A stretch of DNA of 64,000 nucleotides from Candidatus Eiseniibacteriota bacterium (GCA_963703225.1 OY969801.1:2208001-2272000); one strand, 5' to 3'. Numbered from the stretch's first letter, positions 23,648 to 34,269 are shown. The notes: a model not told the origin generated them from the letters alone. Translations and numbers: made by a program.

Positions 23648-24256
23648 TCACGGCTCCGGGTCCGTGCCGGCGCGCGGTGGAGTCGGGCTGGCGCCACCGG
23701 TTACCCGGAGGTGAATTTCCTGAAGCGGAGTATACCGGGCTCCGGATGGATGTAGTTCACTTTTCATCACGCAGATACGGTCGAGCGCCGACGCGGAGGG
23801 CGGCTGCGGCAGCGCGACTTCCCGGAGCCGTTCGAGGCCCTTCGCCCCGTCCCGAACTCGGGCAAGGGTCAGGTGGGGCCGGACCGGCTTGTCGGGCGGG
23901 TCGAACCCCTTCCGGTTCAGAGCCTCGTTCACCGTCCGGGCGAGTGCTGTGACCTCATCGGCCCCTTCGGCCAGGCCCACCCAGAGCACCCGAGGGCGCG
24001 CGATGTTCGGAAACGCCCCCAGCCCGCCGAGCCGAGCGACCGGCGCCACGACCGGAGCGGCACTCGACTCCACCGAATCGCAGACCCGCCGGACTCCCGA
24101 ATCCCCCAAGTCTCCGAGGAATCGGATCGTGAGATGGAGGTTCTCCGGTTTCACCCAGGAGAGCCCGCTCATCCCAGGCGCAAGGTCGCGGCCAAACGCC
24201 CCGAGAAACTCGGCCCACCCAGCCGGAATCATCAGAGCGACGAAGGTGCGGGTCAC
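23648..24256 (-). CDS. thpR: RNA 2',3'-cyclic phosphodiesterase
   Basis: Two HxT motifs ([15 protein letters not shown]). Confidence 0.93.
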   Translation of the reverse strand: MTRTFVALMIPAGWAEFLGAFGRDLAPGMSGLSWVKPENLHLTIRFLGDLGDSGVRRVCDSVESSAAPVVAPVARLGGLGAFPNIARPRVLWVGLAEGADEVTALARTVNEALNRKGFDPPDKPVRPHLTLARVRDGAKGLERLREVALPQPPSASALDRICVMKSELHPSGARYTPLQEIHLRVTGGASPTPPRAGTDPEP

Positions 24257-24277
24257 GGCGCCTCGGTCACCAATCCC

Positions 24278-25522
24278 TTACGACGGAGCGCGGGAGAGGT
24301 GGCGCCGCGCGAGATCGAGCGCGTAGGCGGAGGATCGCGCCGTGACCTCCTCGCGGGTCCCGCCAAGGACGTGCCGGACGCTCCGGGTGCCTTTGGAGGA
24401 GGCGATACCAAGATAGACCAGACCCACCGGCTTCTCCGCGCTCCCGCCGCCGGGACCGGCGATTCCAGTGCTGGAAAGCGCGAGGTTCGATTCGAATCGT
24501 TTCCGCGCGCCGGTCGCCATTTCCTCGGCGACCTCCGCGCTCACCGCGCCTTGGCGCTCGATGGTGGTGGCCTTCACACCCAATAGCTCCTGCTTCGCGC
24601 GGTTTGAATACGCCACGACCCCGCCGAGAAAGTAGCGGGAGGCGCCCGGCGTGCTTACGATCAGAGCCCCCAGGCCGCCCCCGGTGAACGACTCGGCCGT
24701 GGCGATCGTGAGCTTTCGCTCCACCAGGAGCCCGCCGACGACGGCGGAGAGCGTCGTCCCGGCCCCGCCGTAGACGTGCTCGCCCGCAAGCTCGCGGATC
24801 CTTTGCTCGCACCGATCGATCGCGTCGGCCAGCCAGGCCGTGTCGGGCGAGACCGCCGCCAGGGTGACGTCGACGCCCGACGAATGTGGGAGGTATCCGA
24901 TCTTGACCATCGTCTCCTCGGCCTCGACGGCCTGGAACCGCTCGGCCAGGGCGGACTCGGAAATTCCCACCGTCCGGATGACCCGCCGCGCCAGCGACGG
25001 CCCGGCGCGGCCGGCGCGGAGAAAGGGGATGACATACTGATCCAGCATCGCCTCCGCCTCGGCCGGCACGCCGGGCAGGAAGAAGTACTCGGATTCCGCG
25101 TGGCTGAAATGAAGTCCTGGCGCGAGCCCGCGCGGGTTCTCGATGATCTTGGCCCCTTTGGGAACCAACGCCTGCGATTCGTTGATCGCCGGCATCTCGA
25201 CTCCCCGCTCTCGGAATCTGGCGCGGATCTTGTCGAGCACGGTCTCGTCGAGCACGAGCCGGCGCCGAAAGACCGTGGCGATCGCCTTTCGGGTGAGGTC
25301 GTCGGGTGTGGCGCCGAGGCCGCCAGTCACGACGATGACGGAGGCCCGGTGCTCCGCCGTTCGGAAAGCCTCGCCCATCCGCGCCGCGTCGTCGCCCACC
25401 GACGTCTGGTAGAAGACCTCGATCCCGATCGACGCGAGCTGCTCCACGATCCGAACTGAATTGGTTTCGCGCACGAGACCGTGAAGCAGCTCGGTCCCGA
25501 TCGTGATGATCTCGGCGCTCAT
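24278..25522 (-). CDS. cinA: Competence/damage-inducible protein CinA (MoCF plus PncC domains)
   Basis: AEIITIGTELL, TGGLGATPDDLT, TAESFTGG, TGIAGPGGG. Confidence 0.94.
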   Translation of the reverse strand: MSAEIITIGTELLHGLVRETNSVRIVEQLASIGIEVFYQTSVGDDAARMGEAFRTAEHRASVIVVTGGLGATPDDLTRKAIATVFRRRLVLDETVLDKIRARFRERGVEMPAINESQALVPKGAKIIENPRGLAPGLHFSHAESEYFFLPGVPAEAEAMLDQYVIPFLRAGRAGPSLARRVIRTVGISESALAERFQAVEAEETMVKIGYLPHSSGVDVTLAAVSPDTAWLADAIDRCEQRIRELAGEHVYGGAGTTLSAVVGGLLVERKLTIATAESFTGGGLGALIVSTPGASRYFLGGVVAYSNRAKQELLGVKATTIERQGAVSAEVAEEMATGARKRFESNLALSSTGIAGPGGGSAEKPVGLVYLGIASSKGTRSVRHVLGGTREEVTARSSAYALDLARRHLSRAPS

Positions 25523-25977
25523 AGCGCGAGGACGTGGAGGGCCACGCGCGTGAGCACGTTCGCGACGAGGGCGGCGAGGATGTCGTCGACCATGACCCCC
25601 CAACCCCCCGGGAGGCGCTGGCTCTGGCGTATTGGGAAGGGTTTCCAGACGTCGAGGAGCCGGAACAGGAGGAACGCGATGCCGAGGACGATCCACGGCC
25701 TGGCACCCAACGGGATGCCCCAGACCGTCAGAAGCATGCCCGCGATCTCGTCGATCACGATCGGGGACGCGTCCCGGCCCAGCGTGCGCTCCGCCTCGCC
25801 CGATGCCCAGACGCCGACCAGCGTCACGCCGAGAATAACCCCGCCGAACATCCAAAATTCGAGCCGCGCGGAGTAGTAGAGGAAGAGAGCGACGAGGAGC
25901 GACGCCCAGGTGGCGGGCGCGAGGGGGAGGCGGCCGACGCCGAAGCCCGTCGCGAGCCAGACGGCGAGGCGCCGCAT
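25519..25977 (-). CDS. pgpA: Phosphatidylglycerophosphatase A
   Basis: IVIDEIAG, FRLLDVWKPFPI, GVMVDD. Confidence 0.93.
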   Translation of the reverse strand: MRRLAVWLATGFGVGRLPLAPATWASLLVALFLYYSARLEFWMFGGVILGVTLVGVWASGEAERTLGRDASPIVIDEIAGMLLTVWGIPLGARPWIVLGIAFLLFRLLDVWKPFPIRQSQRLPGGWGVMVDDILAALVANVLTRVALHVLAL

Positions 25978-25981
25978 ACGC

Positions 25982-26560
25982 CTACCCGAGCGTCTTCAGG
26001 ACGAGCTTACACGCAAGCTTGAGTGTGTCGAACACCCCGGTCCCCCGAAGCGCCACCGCCTCGTAGAACGGGACTCCCTTCGGGTTCAGCTCCTTCTCCA
26101 TGTCGGGGATCGACACGACGCGCGGCAGGTCCCGCTTGTTGTACTGGATCACGAGCGGAACCCTTTCGGCGGACAGGCCGTGCTCCGAGAGATTGTCCTG
26201 CATGTTCACGAGACTCTCGATGTTCGCGTCAAACCGATCGATCTGGGAGTCGGCCACGAAGACGATCCCGTCGACGCCCTTCAAGATCAGCTTTCGGCTC
26301 GCGTTGTAGTAGACCTGGCCGGGAACCGTGTAGAGGTGAAATCGCGTCCGAAAACCCCGGATCTGCCCCAGCTCGAGCGGGAGGAAGTCGAAGAAAAGCG
26401 TCCGGTCCATCTCGGTCGCGAGAGAGATCATCTTCCCGCGCGTATCTTGTGGAACCCTGGAATAGATGTGCTGGAGGTTGGTGGTCTTTCCGCAAAGGCC
26501 GGGACCGTAGTAGACGATCTTGCAGTTGATCTCGCGGGACGAGTAGTTGATGAGCGACAC
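25982..26560 (-). CDS. mglA: MglA small Ras-like GTPase
   Basis: [36 protein letters not shown]. Confidence 0.95.
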   Translation of the reverse strand: MSLINYSSREINCKIVYYGPGLCGKTTNLQHIYSRVPQDTRGKMISLATEMDRTLFFDFLPLELGQIRGFRTRFHLYTVPGQVYYNASRKLILKGVDGIVFVADSQIDRFDANIESLVNMQDNLSEHGLSAERVPLVIQYNKRDLPRVVSIPDMEKELNPKGVPFYEAVALRGTGVFDTLKLACKLVLKTLG

Positions 26561-26574
26561 GAAGCCCTCGGGCC

Positions 26575-27078
26575 TTATTCCTTGAAGAGGCTATCGATCT
26601 CGCTCTCGGCCTCGGCCGCGAAGTCCGCTCCGAGAGTCGTCGCGGCGACATCCTCGTTCTGGTACTGGAGCTTGTTGAACAGCTTGTTCAGCACAGCGGT
26701 CAGCTCGTCCCCCGCCCTCCGCGCCTTCAACCGCACCAGCCCCAGCGAGGTTTTCTTGTCGAAGAGCACGACCAGGATGACCCGATTCGCAATCATCGAG
26801 AGATAGAGGCTCTCGTCCTGGCCCTGGTGGACCAGGGTTGCGAAGTCCTTCTCGCCGACCATCTTTGCCAGCTCCGCGTTGGCCCCGAAGTCGGCCGCGG
26901 CGAGGGAGGAGAATGAGGTGACGTCGAACCCGGGCGGCTCACCGAGCGAGTTGATGAGCTGACCCGTCTTGTCGATCAACATCACACTGCGGGCGGTGGA
27001 GCTTCGCATCAACGTCTGGAGGATGGAATTAATCGACCAGAAGTCTTCCTCGAAGAGCGCCCAATTTCCCTTGACCAT
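26575..27078 (-). CDS. mglB: MglB roadblock/LC7 protein (GAP of MglA)
   Basis: [15 protein letters not shown]...LA, SLGLVRL; directly upstream of mglA. Confidence 0.9.
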   Translation of the reverse strand: MVKGNWALFEEDFWSINSILQTLMRSSTARSVMLIDKTGQLINSLGEPPGFDVTSFSSLAAADFGANAELAKMVGEKDFATLVHQGQDESLYLSMIANRVILVVLFDKKTSLGLVRLKARRAGDELTAVLNKLFNKLQYQNEDVAATTLGADFAAEAESEIDSLFKE

Positions 27079-27260
27079 AGGTCCTCGGCTCCCTGGACAC
27101 TTAGGCCATGCGGCGCTGCGGCCGACCCTGGCGCACGCGAGATTAGGGGTGTCCTGCCCTAGCCCCGCGTCACGACGACGGCGAGACCGATATCCCCTAC
27201 ACCCACGACTGATCCGCGCGGGGTAGCCCCGCGCGGGGCTCCCTCAAGGAATTTTGCCGA

Positions 27261-27288
27261 AACCTAGCACGATCCCCCTGACCGTCAA
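27261..27288 (-). promoter_or_regulatory. Putative sigma70 promoter for mglBA
   Basis: TTGACG-16-TAGGTT with TGn extension. Confidence 0.45.
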
Positions 27289-27313
27289 GGAGAAAGTGCC
27301 GAAAGTGGCGAAT

Positions 27314-27916
27314 TTATATCTCCTTGCGGCCGCTCAGAGCCCGGGCAAGGGTGACCTGGTCGGAGAACTCGAGGTCGGAGCCCATCGGAACCCCGCGCGC
27401 GATCCGCGTAATCTTGAGCTTCGGCTCTGATTGGAGGATGCGGGCGATGTAGAGCGCGGTCGCCTCTCCCTGCGCGGTCGGATTGGTGGCGACGATCACC
27501 TCCGCCACTCCCTCGGCGCGGACCCGCGCGACCAACTCTTTAAGCCGAAGCTGGTCGGGCCCGATCCCGTCGACGGGTGAGAGGGCGCCCTTCAGGACGT
27601 GGTAGCGCCCTTTGAATTCCCCGGTCCGCTCGAGCGCCAGAACGTCCATCGGCTGCTCGACGACGCAGAGGAGGGATGCGTCGCGGCGGGTGTCGGCGCA
27701 AAGCGCGCAGGGATCGGTTTCCGTCACGTTGCCGCAGATGGCGCAGTCGTGGACGTTGGCCTTGAGGTCGACGATCGCGGAGGCGAGCCGCTTGGAATCG
27801 ACCTCGGGAGAGCGGAGCAGGTGGAACGCGATCCGCTGGGCCGATTTTCTCCCGACGCCAGGAAGGCGGGTCAGCTCCCCGATGAGGGCCTCGAGAAGAG
27901 CGCTCGAGAACTGCAT
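27314..27916 (-). CDS. recR: Recombination mediator RecR
   Basis: LPGVGRKSAQR, C4 zinc finger, Toprim ATNPT..GEATA. Confidence 0.96.
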   Translation of the reverse strand: MQFSSALLEALIGELTRLPGVGRKSAQRIAFHLLRSPEVDSKRLASAIVDLKANVHDCAICGNVTETDPCALCADTRRDASLLCVVEQPMDVLALERTGEFKGRYHVLKGALSPVDGIGPDQLRLKELVARVRAEGVAEVIVATNPTAQGEATALYIARILQSEPKLKITRIARGVPMGSDLEFSDQVTLARALSGRKEI

Positions 27917-27921
27917 CCGGG

Positions 27922-28233
27922 CTAGAAGAGACCCGGCGGGAGGCCCAGGCCGCCGGTGACCCGGCCCATCTCCTCTTCGACCATCCGGGTGACCTTGGTT
28001 CGGGCGTCCTTGAGCGCGGCCAGTACGAGATCCTCGAGCAGGTCGGCTTCCTCGGGGTTGACCACGGCGGGGTCGATGGCGACCGCGGTGACCTCCTGGG
28101 CGCCGTTCATGGTGACCTTCACCTTCCCGCCGCCGGAAGATCCGATCAACTCGCGGGTCTTCAGCTCCGCCTGCACCTCAGCCATCTTGGCTTGAAGCGC
28201 CTGCGCCTGCTTCATCATCTGCTGGATGTTCAT
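27922..28233 (-). CDS. ebfC: YbaB/EbfC nucleoid-associated protein
   Basis: MMKQAQ..Q.KM, GGG.VKV, LEDLVLAA; lies between dnaX and recR. Confidence 0.93.
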   Translation of the reverse strand: MNIQQMMKQAQALQAKMAEVQAELKTRELIGSSGGGKVKVTMNGAQEVTAVAIDPAVVNPEEADLLEDLVLAALKDARTKVTRMVEEEMGRVTGGLGLPPGLF

Positions 28234-29975
28234 GACGCTCCACTCCCCTGCGGGCCGGGCTTCAAGATCTCCCCGTCAAAGAGCTCCACGATTCGCTGCA
28301 CCAGGGCGTCGGGGCCCTCCGTGGGGTCGCCCCCCTCTTCGTCGTCGATGTCGGCCGGCACGGCGGCGGGCCGCACCCTGAAACCCTCGCCCGAGACCGC
28401 CTGGTCGCTGCTCACGCAGAGGAGGGTGGTGCCCTGCCCATAGAGCCGCTCGAATTCCTGATTCAGGATCTCACGATTCTCCTTCATCTCGAGCATGGCC
28501 CGATGAAACGCGTGCTCCGGCGCAAGGGCTACCCGCACGTTCGATCCCGCGAGGCCGAGGAAGAGCCCCTCCTCCAGGCAGGTGCCGAGAAGGAGCTTTC
28601 GCTCTTTCACCCGATCGACGGCTTGCCGCCATCGCACGACCGCGTCCCCATCGGTCGCGGGCTCGATGGTCGCCTGGGCACGCTCGGCTCGAGGTGGGGG
28701 CTCCTCCGACGCGGGTCGGGGAACCGGCCGAGGCGCCGGCGCTGGAGGCGCAGGCGTGGGCTGCCGGGGTGAAGCCGTCGCGCGGCCCGGCGTCGGCGGC
28801 GGGGCCGTCCCGACGGGCGCTCCGCCGAGCCGCTGCTCGAGCGCTTCGAGCCGGCCGATCAGCTCCCCCACGTCGCTCGCGCTGGGGAGCGTGCAAAGCT
28901 CGACCAAACAGACCTCGATGAGAACCCGCGGCGCCTCCGCGCGGCGGAGCTGCCCGCGGCTCTCCAGTAGGAGCGAAAGCATCGCGCTCAGGTCGGTCGA
29001 GCGAAAGCGGGGTGCCTGGGCGGCGTAGCGGTCGCGATCCGCCGGAGCAGCCTCGATCAGCTTCGTGAGCGAGGGATCGACCGCCAACAGCAAGAGCTGT
29101 CTCAGGTGATGGGTCAGCCCGTCCGCGATCTCCTCGACGTCCATTCCGCCGTCGTAGAGCCGGTCGAGCGTCTCCAGCGCCCGCTTGGCGTCGCGCCCGG
29201 CGATCGCCTCTCCCAGATCGAAGAAGGCGTCGAGCCCGCCGAGGCCGAGCGCCTGGGCGACGACCGCCGCGGTGACCCCCTCGGGCGAGACCGCGAGCGC
29301 CTGGTCGAGCCGGCTCAGCGCGTCCCGGACACTGCCCTCCGACGCCCGGCTGATCATCCCGGCCGCGTCCTCGTCCAACGGGATCCGTTCCGCCTGGGCA
29401 ATCTTCAAGAGGTGCGCCGCGATCTCCTCGGCTCGGAGCCTCCGAAACTCGAACACCTGGCACCGCGACGCAATCGTGTCGGGGACTTCGAGCGCTTCCG
29501 TCGTGGCGAAGACGAAGCGGACGTGCGCCGGCGGCTCCTCGAGCGTTTTCAGAAGCGCGTTCCAGGCGAACTCGGTGAGCTGGTGCGCCTCATCGATGAT
29601 GTAGACCTTCGACTTCCCGCCCGATGGAGCGTACTTGACGTTTTCTCGGAGGTTTCGGATCTCCTCGATGCCGCGATTGCTGGCGCCGTCGATCTCGAGG
29701 ACGTCCATCGAAGTGCCGGCCGTGATCTCGACGCAGGAGGGACACTCGTTGCAGGGCTCCGCCTCGCCTTCGCGGCGCTTGGCGCAATTGAGCGCCTTGG
29801 CGACGAGGCGTGCCGAGGTGGTCTTGCCGCTCCCTCGCGGCCCGGCGAAAAGATAGGCGTGCGCGACCCGGTTGGCGGCGACCGCTCGCTCGAGCGTGGT
29901 CCGGATTGGATCCTGCCCGACCAGGTCGGCAAAGCGCTGCGGCCTGTACTTTCGCGCGAGTGCGAGGTGGGACAC
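28230..29975 (-). CDS. dnaX: DNA polymerase III subunit gamma/tau
   Basis: LARKYRPQ.F, GPRGSGKTT, EIDGASNRG, NALLKTLEEPP, SRC. Confidence 0.97.
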   Translation of the reverse strand: MSHLALARKYRPQRFADLVGQDPIRTTLERAVAANRVAHAYLFAGPRGSGKTTSARLVAKALNCAKRREGEAEPCNECPSCVEITAGTSMDVLEIDGASNRGIEEIRNLRENVKYAPSGGKSKVYIIDEAHQLTEFAWNALLKTLEEPPAHVRFVFATTEALEVPDTIASRCQVFEFRRLRAEEIAAHLLKIAQAERIPLDEDAAGMISRASEGSVRDALSRLDQALAVSPEGVTAAVVAQALGLGGLDAFFDLGEAIAGRDAKRALETLDRLYDGGMDVEEIADGLTHHLRQLLLLAVDPSLTKLIEAAPADRDRYAAQAPRFRSTDLSAMLSLLLESRGQLRRAEAPRVLIEVCLVELCTLPSASDVGELIGRLEALEQRLGGAPVGTAPPPTPGRATASPRQPTPAPPAPAPRPVPRPASEEPPPRAERAQATIEPATDGDAVVRWRQAVDRVKERKLLLGTCLEEGLFLGLAGSNVRVALAPEHAFHRAMLEMKENREILNQEFERLYGQGTTLLCVSSDQAVSGEGFRVRPAAVPADIDDEEGGDPTEGPDALVQRIVELFDGEILKPGPQGSGAS

Positions 29976-30041
29976 GAGGCGCTCCTAACGGGTCAGGGGC
30001 TGCCCCGGAGCCTGGAAGACGGCCCCCCCGCTTCTGGCTCG

Positions 30042-30138
30042 GGTCAGTTGGATCCGCGGCACATCGAGGCGATCACTGACCGCTGCTACCTTCCGGTCCT
30101 GACGGAGTTCGTGACTCTCGATTGCGCGGGAACTGGCC
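30042..30138 (-). ncRNA. ffs: Signal recognition particle RNA (small, 4.5S type)
   Basis: Minus strand carries TCAGGACCGGAAGGTAGCAGC (domain IV) within a long rod; upstream of dnaX. Confidence 0.9.
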
Positions 30139-30212
30139 GTCAACGCCAAGCCACGAGAGGGCCAAAGTCCTGGCTCCGAGGCCTTGGGTCGGTTCCCCTA
30201 CTGGAACAGTTT

Positions 30213-30288
30213 TGGTGGAGATGACCGGGATCGAACCGGTGACCTCCTCGTTGCGAACGAGGCGCTCTCCCAACTGAGCTACATCCCC
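30213..30288 (-). tRNA. tRNA-Ala(CGC)
   Basis: Anticodon arm CCTCG-TTCGCAA-CGAGG, G3:U70 pair, CCA. Confidence 0.96.
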
Positions 30289-30311
30289 ACGGCATTGGGC
30301 GACTGCGATAC

Positions 30312-30401
30312 TGGCGGAGAGAGAGGGATTCGAACCCTCGAAGCACTTTCATGCTTACACGGTTTCCAACCGTGCTCCTTCAGCCACTCGGACATCTCTC
30401 C
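30312..30401 (-). tRNA. tRNA-Ser(GGA)
   Basis: CACGG-TTGGAAA-CCGTG, long variable arm, GCCA end. Confidence 0.96.
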
Positions 30402-30447
30402 GGGAAGCTAAGGTGCACGCGCGCTCCTTCGCGCGGTGTCCATTCAA

Positions 30448-30537
<90 letters not shown>

Positions 30538-30562
30538 GCGGGGGAGAGTACGCGATCCGGAC

Positions 30563-31048
30563 CTACTTTTCCAGGCGGTTCATGGCGCGGCGGCGACTCT
30601 GAAAGAACGCTTCCAACACCGCGCCGCACTCCTCGGCGAGCACGCCCGGCAACACCTCGGCGCGGTGGTTCAAGCGGAGGTCTTGCGGCACCATGGCGAG
30701 CGAGCCGCACGCGCCCGCCTTTGGATCGCGGGCGCCGTAGACGATCCGCGCGATCCGCGCCAGCACCGACGCGCCGGCGCACATGTGGCAGGGTTCCAGG
30801 GTGACGTAGAGGGTCGCTTCGTCCAGACGCCAGGTCTTGACCGTCTGCGCGGCCGCCCCGATCGCGAGAATCTCGGCGTGCGCCGTGGGATCCTGGGTCG
30901 ACTCGACGCGGTTATGGCCGCGACCCACGATCCGGTTATCCCACACGACCACCGCGCCCACCGGCACTTCGCCCTCGGCGGCGGCCTCCCGCGCCTCGGC
31001 GAGCGCCGCTTCCATGAAGCGCTCGTCGGACGGGGTCTGCCCGATCAC
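30563..31048 (-). CDS. tadA: tRNA adenosine(34) deaminase
   Basis: GEVPVGAV, DPTAHAE, LYVTLEPCHMC, DPKAGA.GS, LNH. Confidence 0.95.
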   Translation of the reverse strand: MIGQTPSDERFMEAALAEAREAAAEGEVPVGAVVVWDNRIVGRGHNRVESTQDPTAHAEILAIGAAAQTVKTWRLDEATLYVTLEPCHMCAGASVLARIARIVYGARDPKAGACGSLAMVPQDLRLNHRAEVLPGVLAEECGAVLEAFFQSRRRAMNRLEK

Positions 31049-31734
31049 TTTTGAGGGAATTTCTTGAACGCCAAGCGGATCAGGTCGCCCGCGACGTCCT
31101 CATAACGAGGAGGATCGGTCGCCTTCCGCGACTGGATGTATCCCGTTTCGTCGTAGGTGACGGAACCGCTGGAGACATCCACCTCCTGGGCAAAGCGCTG
31201 CTCGCGCGGGTCCTTCTCCCACGTCTTCTTGAAGGTCTTCAGGTCGAAGAGGGCGAATTGGAGGCCGACGGTCGTGTTCGACTCTCCCCGGCCGATCACG
31301 TTCACCCGAACGTTCTCCCACTCCGCGACTTTGACAAAGAGAATCGCGTCCACCTGTAAGAGCGAATCCAGCCCCTCGACCGAGGTCGAGTCGAGGGTGC
31401 CGTACTTGGCCCACCGATCGGTCAGCTTCATGGAGCGATCGAGCATGCTCCGAGACTCGAGAATCCGCTCGGTGTCCGTGGGATGAAGGAACCGGGCCCG
31501 TTCGGGGGGCACCCCCTTCAGGCGTTCGCGGATCAGATCTCCCATGATCTTGGTCGCGCCGAGATCCGCGGAGCCGTTGAGGATCGGCATGATCGCCACG
31601 CGGATCGGTGGGGCCGGCGGAGCCTGCGGGGCCTTGTCGCTTGCCTTGTCCTCCTTCGCGGCGATCGATGCGACGGCCAAAAGGGCGAGCGCGGCAAGCG
31701 CCGCGATGGAACGCGTGGACCGATGCTGGAACAT
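31045..31734 (-). CDS. Exported hypothetical protein
   Basis: Signal peptide, well-formed ORF whose stop overlaps the tadA start; RVAIMPILN beta-alpha start. Confidence 0.7.
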   Translation of the reverse strand: MFQHRSTRSIAALAALALLAVASIAAKEDKASDKAPQAPPAPPIRVAIMPILNGSADLGATKIMGDLIRERLKGVPPERARFLHPTDTERILESRSMLDRSMKLTDRWAKYGTLDSTSVEGLDSLLQVDAILFVKVAEWENVRVNVIGRGESNTTVGLQFALFDLKTFKKTWEKDPREQRFAQEVDVSSGSVTYDETGYIQSRKATDPPRYEDVAGDLIRLAFKKFPQK

Positions 31735-31799
31735 GATCTTCACCTCAGCGGGGCGACTCACGGCGTGGGGAATGGAGGCGGCGCTTCTGTTTGATTATG

Positions 31800-31876
31800 T
31801 GGCGCGCCCAGGAGGATTTGAACCCCCAACCTTCTGATCCGTAGTCAGACACTCTATCCAGTTGAGCTATGGGCGC
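31800..31876 (-). tRNA. tRNA-Arg(ACG)
   Basis: TCTGA-CTACGGA-TCAGA, CCA. Confidence 0.96.
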
Positions 31877-31903
31877 GCGCGACTGCTTTCCCGGGACCCG
31901 AGA

Positions 31904-31995
31904 TGGCGGAGAGGAGAGGATTCGAACCTCCGGACCGGTTTTACCCGATCAACCGCTTAGCAGGCGGCTGCCTTCAGCCACTCGGCCACCTCTCC
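31904..31995 (-). tRNA. tRNA-Ser(GCT)
   Basis: GCCGC-CTGCTAA-GCGGT, long variable arm. Confidence 0.96.
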
Positions 31996-32024
31996 CCAGG
32001 CATGCAATCCTATTCAGCCGTAGC

Positions 32025-32053
32025 ATGATAGCCGGGGTGGTACCGCCGGTCAA
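32025..32053 (-). promoter_or_regulatory. Sigma70 promoter of the tRNA/tadA cluster
   Basis: TTGACC-17-TATCAT, 30 nt upstream of tRNA-Ser(GCT). Confidence 0.7.
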
Positions 32054-32997
32054 GGCGGCGCGGCCGGGCGCCCTCCCGAGAGATCCCATGCAGGCTCCAC
32101 GTGGATCGTCACTTCCACCAGTTGCGGAAATTGACGCTGCAGATCCTCCTTAACCCCGTGGGCCAGGGCATGGCTCTCCCTCACCGACATGTCTGGCGCG
32201 ACCTCCAGGTGCATGTCGGCGACGTAGTAGATACCCATTTTCCGCATGAGAAGTTTCTCCACTTTGTAGACCCCCGGCCGGGCCTCCGCGACCCGTCTCG
32301 CGTCTTCCACCAGGTAGCGGGCGGGGCTCGTGTCCATCAGCTCCTGGACCGCGGGATGGAGCTGCCGCCACCCCGTCAGAATGATGATCCCGCTCGCGAA
32401 GAGCGCGGCCCAGCTGTCGGCGGCCTCGAACCGCTTGCCGCCGACCAGCGCGAGGGCGATCCCGATCGCCGCCGCCCCGGAGGTGATCGCGTCCGCGCGG
32501 TGGTGCCAGGCATCGGTGCGGACGGCATGGCTCCCCGTCTCCCGCCCGACCCGGGACACGAACCGAAACATGATTTCTTTGATCACCACGACGCCGATGA
32601 CGACCGCGAGCGTGAAGGGGGCTGGGCCTTGGTGCGGAATCACGATCTGGTGGACCGACTCCGTGGCGATCCCCACGCCCGCGCCGATCAGGAGGATCGC
32701 CACGAACGCGGCGGCGAGCGGCTCCGCCTTTCCGTGTCCGTACGGGTGGTCGGCGTCGGGCGGACGGGACGCGACGTCGAGCCCGCCCCAGACGACGAGC
32801 GATCCCACCGAATCGCCGAGTGACTCCACCGCGTCGGCGACCAGGGCTTGGCTGTGTCCGAAAATTCCCGCCGCGAGCTTGCCCAGCCCCAGGAGGAGAT
32901 TGACGGCGAGGCCGACGAGGCTGGAGCGCTTGCCTCGAACGTAGGGATTGGGGCTGGCGGGGCGTCCCGCGCGGACTTTGGAAGGCGGCTCGATCAT
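32050..32997 (-). CDS. Cation diffusion facilitator (FieF-like)
   Basis: SQALVADA.ES..D, PPDADHPYGHGKAE, DAWHHRAD, IHVEP. Confidence 0.92.
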   Translation of the reverse strand: MIEPPSKVRAGRPASPNPYVRGKRSSLVGLAVNLLLGLGKLAAGIFGHSQALVADAVESLGDSVGSLVVWGGLDVASRPPDADHPYGHGKAEPLAAAFVAILLIGAGVGIATESVHQIVIPHQGPAPFTLAVVIGVVVIKEIMFRFVSRVGRETGSHAVRTDAWHHRADAITSGAAAIGIALALVGGKRFEAADSWAALFASGIIILTGWRQLHPAVQELMDTSPARYLVEDARRVAEARPGVYKVEKLLMRKMGIYYVADMHLEVAPDMSVRESHALAHGVKEDLQRQFPQLVEVTIHVEPAWDLSGGRPAAPP

Positions 32998-33000
32998 TTC

Positions 33001-34269
33001 TTATCGAAGTCGGTGCGCGAGCTCGACGGGGTCTACGTACACCGTGAAGCCTTCCTTCTCCACCCGCTCGAGATAGATCGACTGCGGTGCGTCGGCGTGA
33101 TCGTACCGGAATCCGCCCACCTTGCCGAACTCAAAGCCCGCGCCCCATCCCGAAGTATCGCCGATGACGGTTCCCGTCGGATCGTCAATGTGGCCGTTCC
33201 TAAGAGTGAAAATGTTCAGGAACGTGAGCTCCCATCCGGTCAGACCGATCTCCTGGCCCGACTTGGACATCGTGGTAGGCGTATTGGGAGTGCTCGGAGG
33301 TGGTACCAAACGTGATGAGAGGCTGAAGGATATCCACGATCCAACCGAATCGCTTCGCCGCGGAGGGATTTCTCGGCACGCGCCGGGAGCGCCAAATCGA
33401 CGTGGAATGCACCTCCCCAGTGCGAATCCTTGGCGATCGGGTCAGGCTGACTTGTATCGATAGTACGTTATCGTCGCGTCGTTGTCGAAATTGATGGCCG
33501 AAGAACCGTAACTGGCGTCGATGCGCGTTCGGACGAAGCGGTCAATCCAAGGGATAAACCCGGGGTAGTCGATCGAATTGTAGGGCGTGATCCGGATCAG
33601 CAGTCCGTGGTCTCGCTCGTCCGCCTCGCCGTATCCCGCGAGCCCGTCCAGGGTCACGCTGGCGGGAAACAAGTCCACCTGGATCGACTTCCAGGTTTGC
33701 CCCAACGACACGTCGGCGTAGCGGCTAATCAGAGGGAGATCGAACCCGGCGACCCGTCCCAGGTTCTCGAGTAGCTCCGCCACGCTGAAGCCGACGCCGA
33801 TGGCCTGAATCTTCTCGGTGCTGGTGAATACGCCGATGATATTTCCATCGACGTCTGTCGCGACGCTCTTCCCGTAGTTAAGCTCGAGACCGCCGACATA
33901 CTTGATGGGCTTCCCCGCCATGTAGAGGCCGATCCCCCAGTAGCCCAGGGTGATCTGATCGGAAGTGAAAGAGACGTCGTCCGCGAGATCCGGAACAAGT
34001 TGGTTCTTCCCGTGCTCGTATCGAATTCCGCGGTGATATCCGAAGAGCGCCGGATTCACCCAACCGTTCGGGTCTCCACCCCAGAACACGGCCACGCCGG
34101 CCCGCCCCATTCCCCAGGCGCGGGCCGAGGGGTCGATGAGGGTCGCTTGTGCCCCGGAAAACGCGGCTCCTTGGGCGCGGGCTTCGGTTGGCGCGATGAT
34201 CGGTAGGATCATGAGGGCGCCGAGGATTCGAAGTGTGAAGCCAAATGCAACCGTGTGCGTCGTTCGCAT
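33001..34269 (-). pseudogene. PorV/FadL-like outer-membrane barrel gene with three frameshifts (pseudogene or sequencing errors)
   Basis: Signal peptide, then IDPSARAWGMG.A..A....NPA; the C-terminal part continues across three frame changes near 33462, 33360 and 33255. Confidence 0.65.

Noticed and set aside
28230..29975. Programmed frameshift in dnaX (gamma/tau)
   Set aside because: No A-AAA-AAG or long A run seen; the ORF is continuous through the Pro-rich linker.
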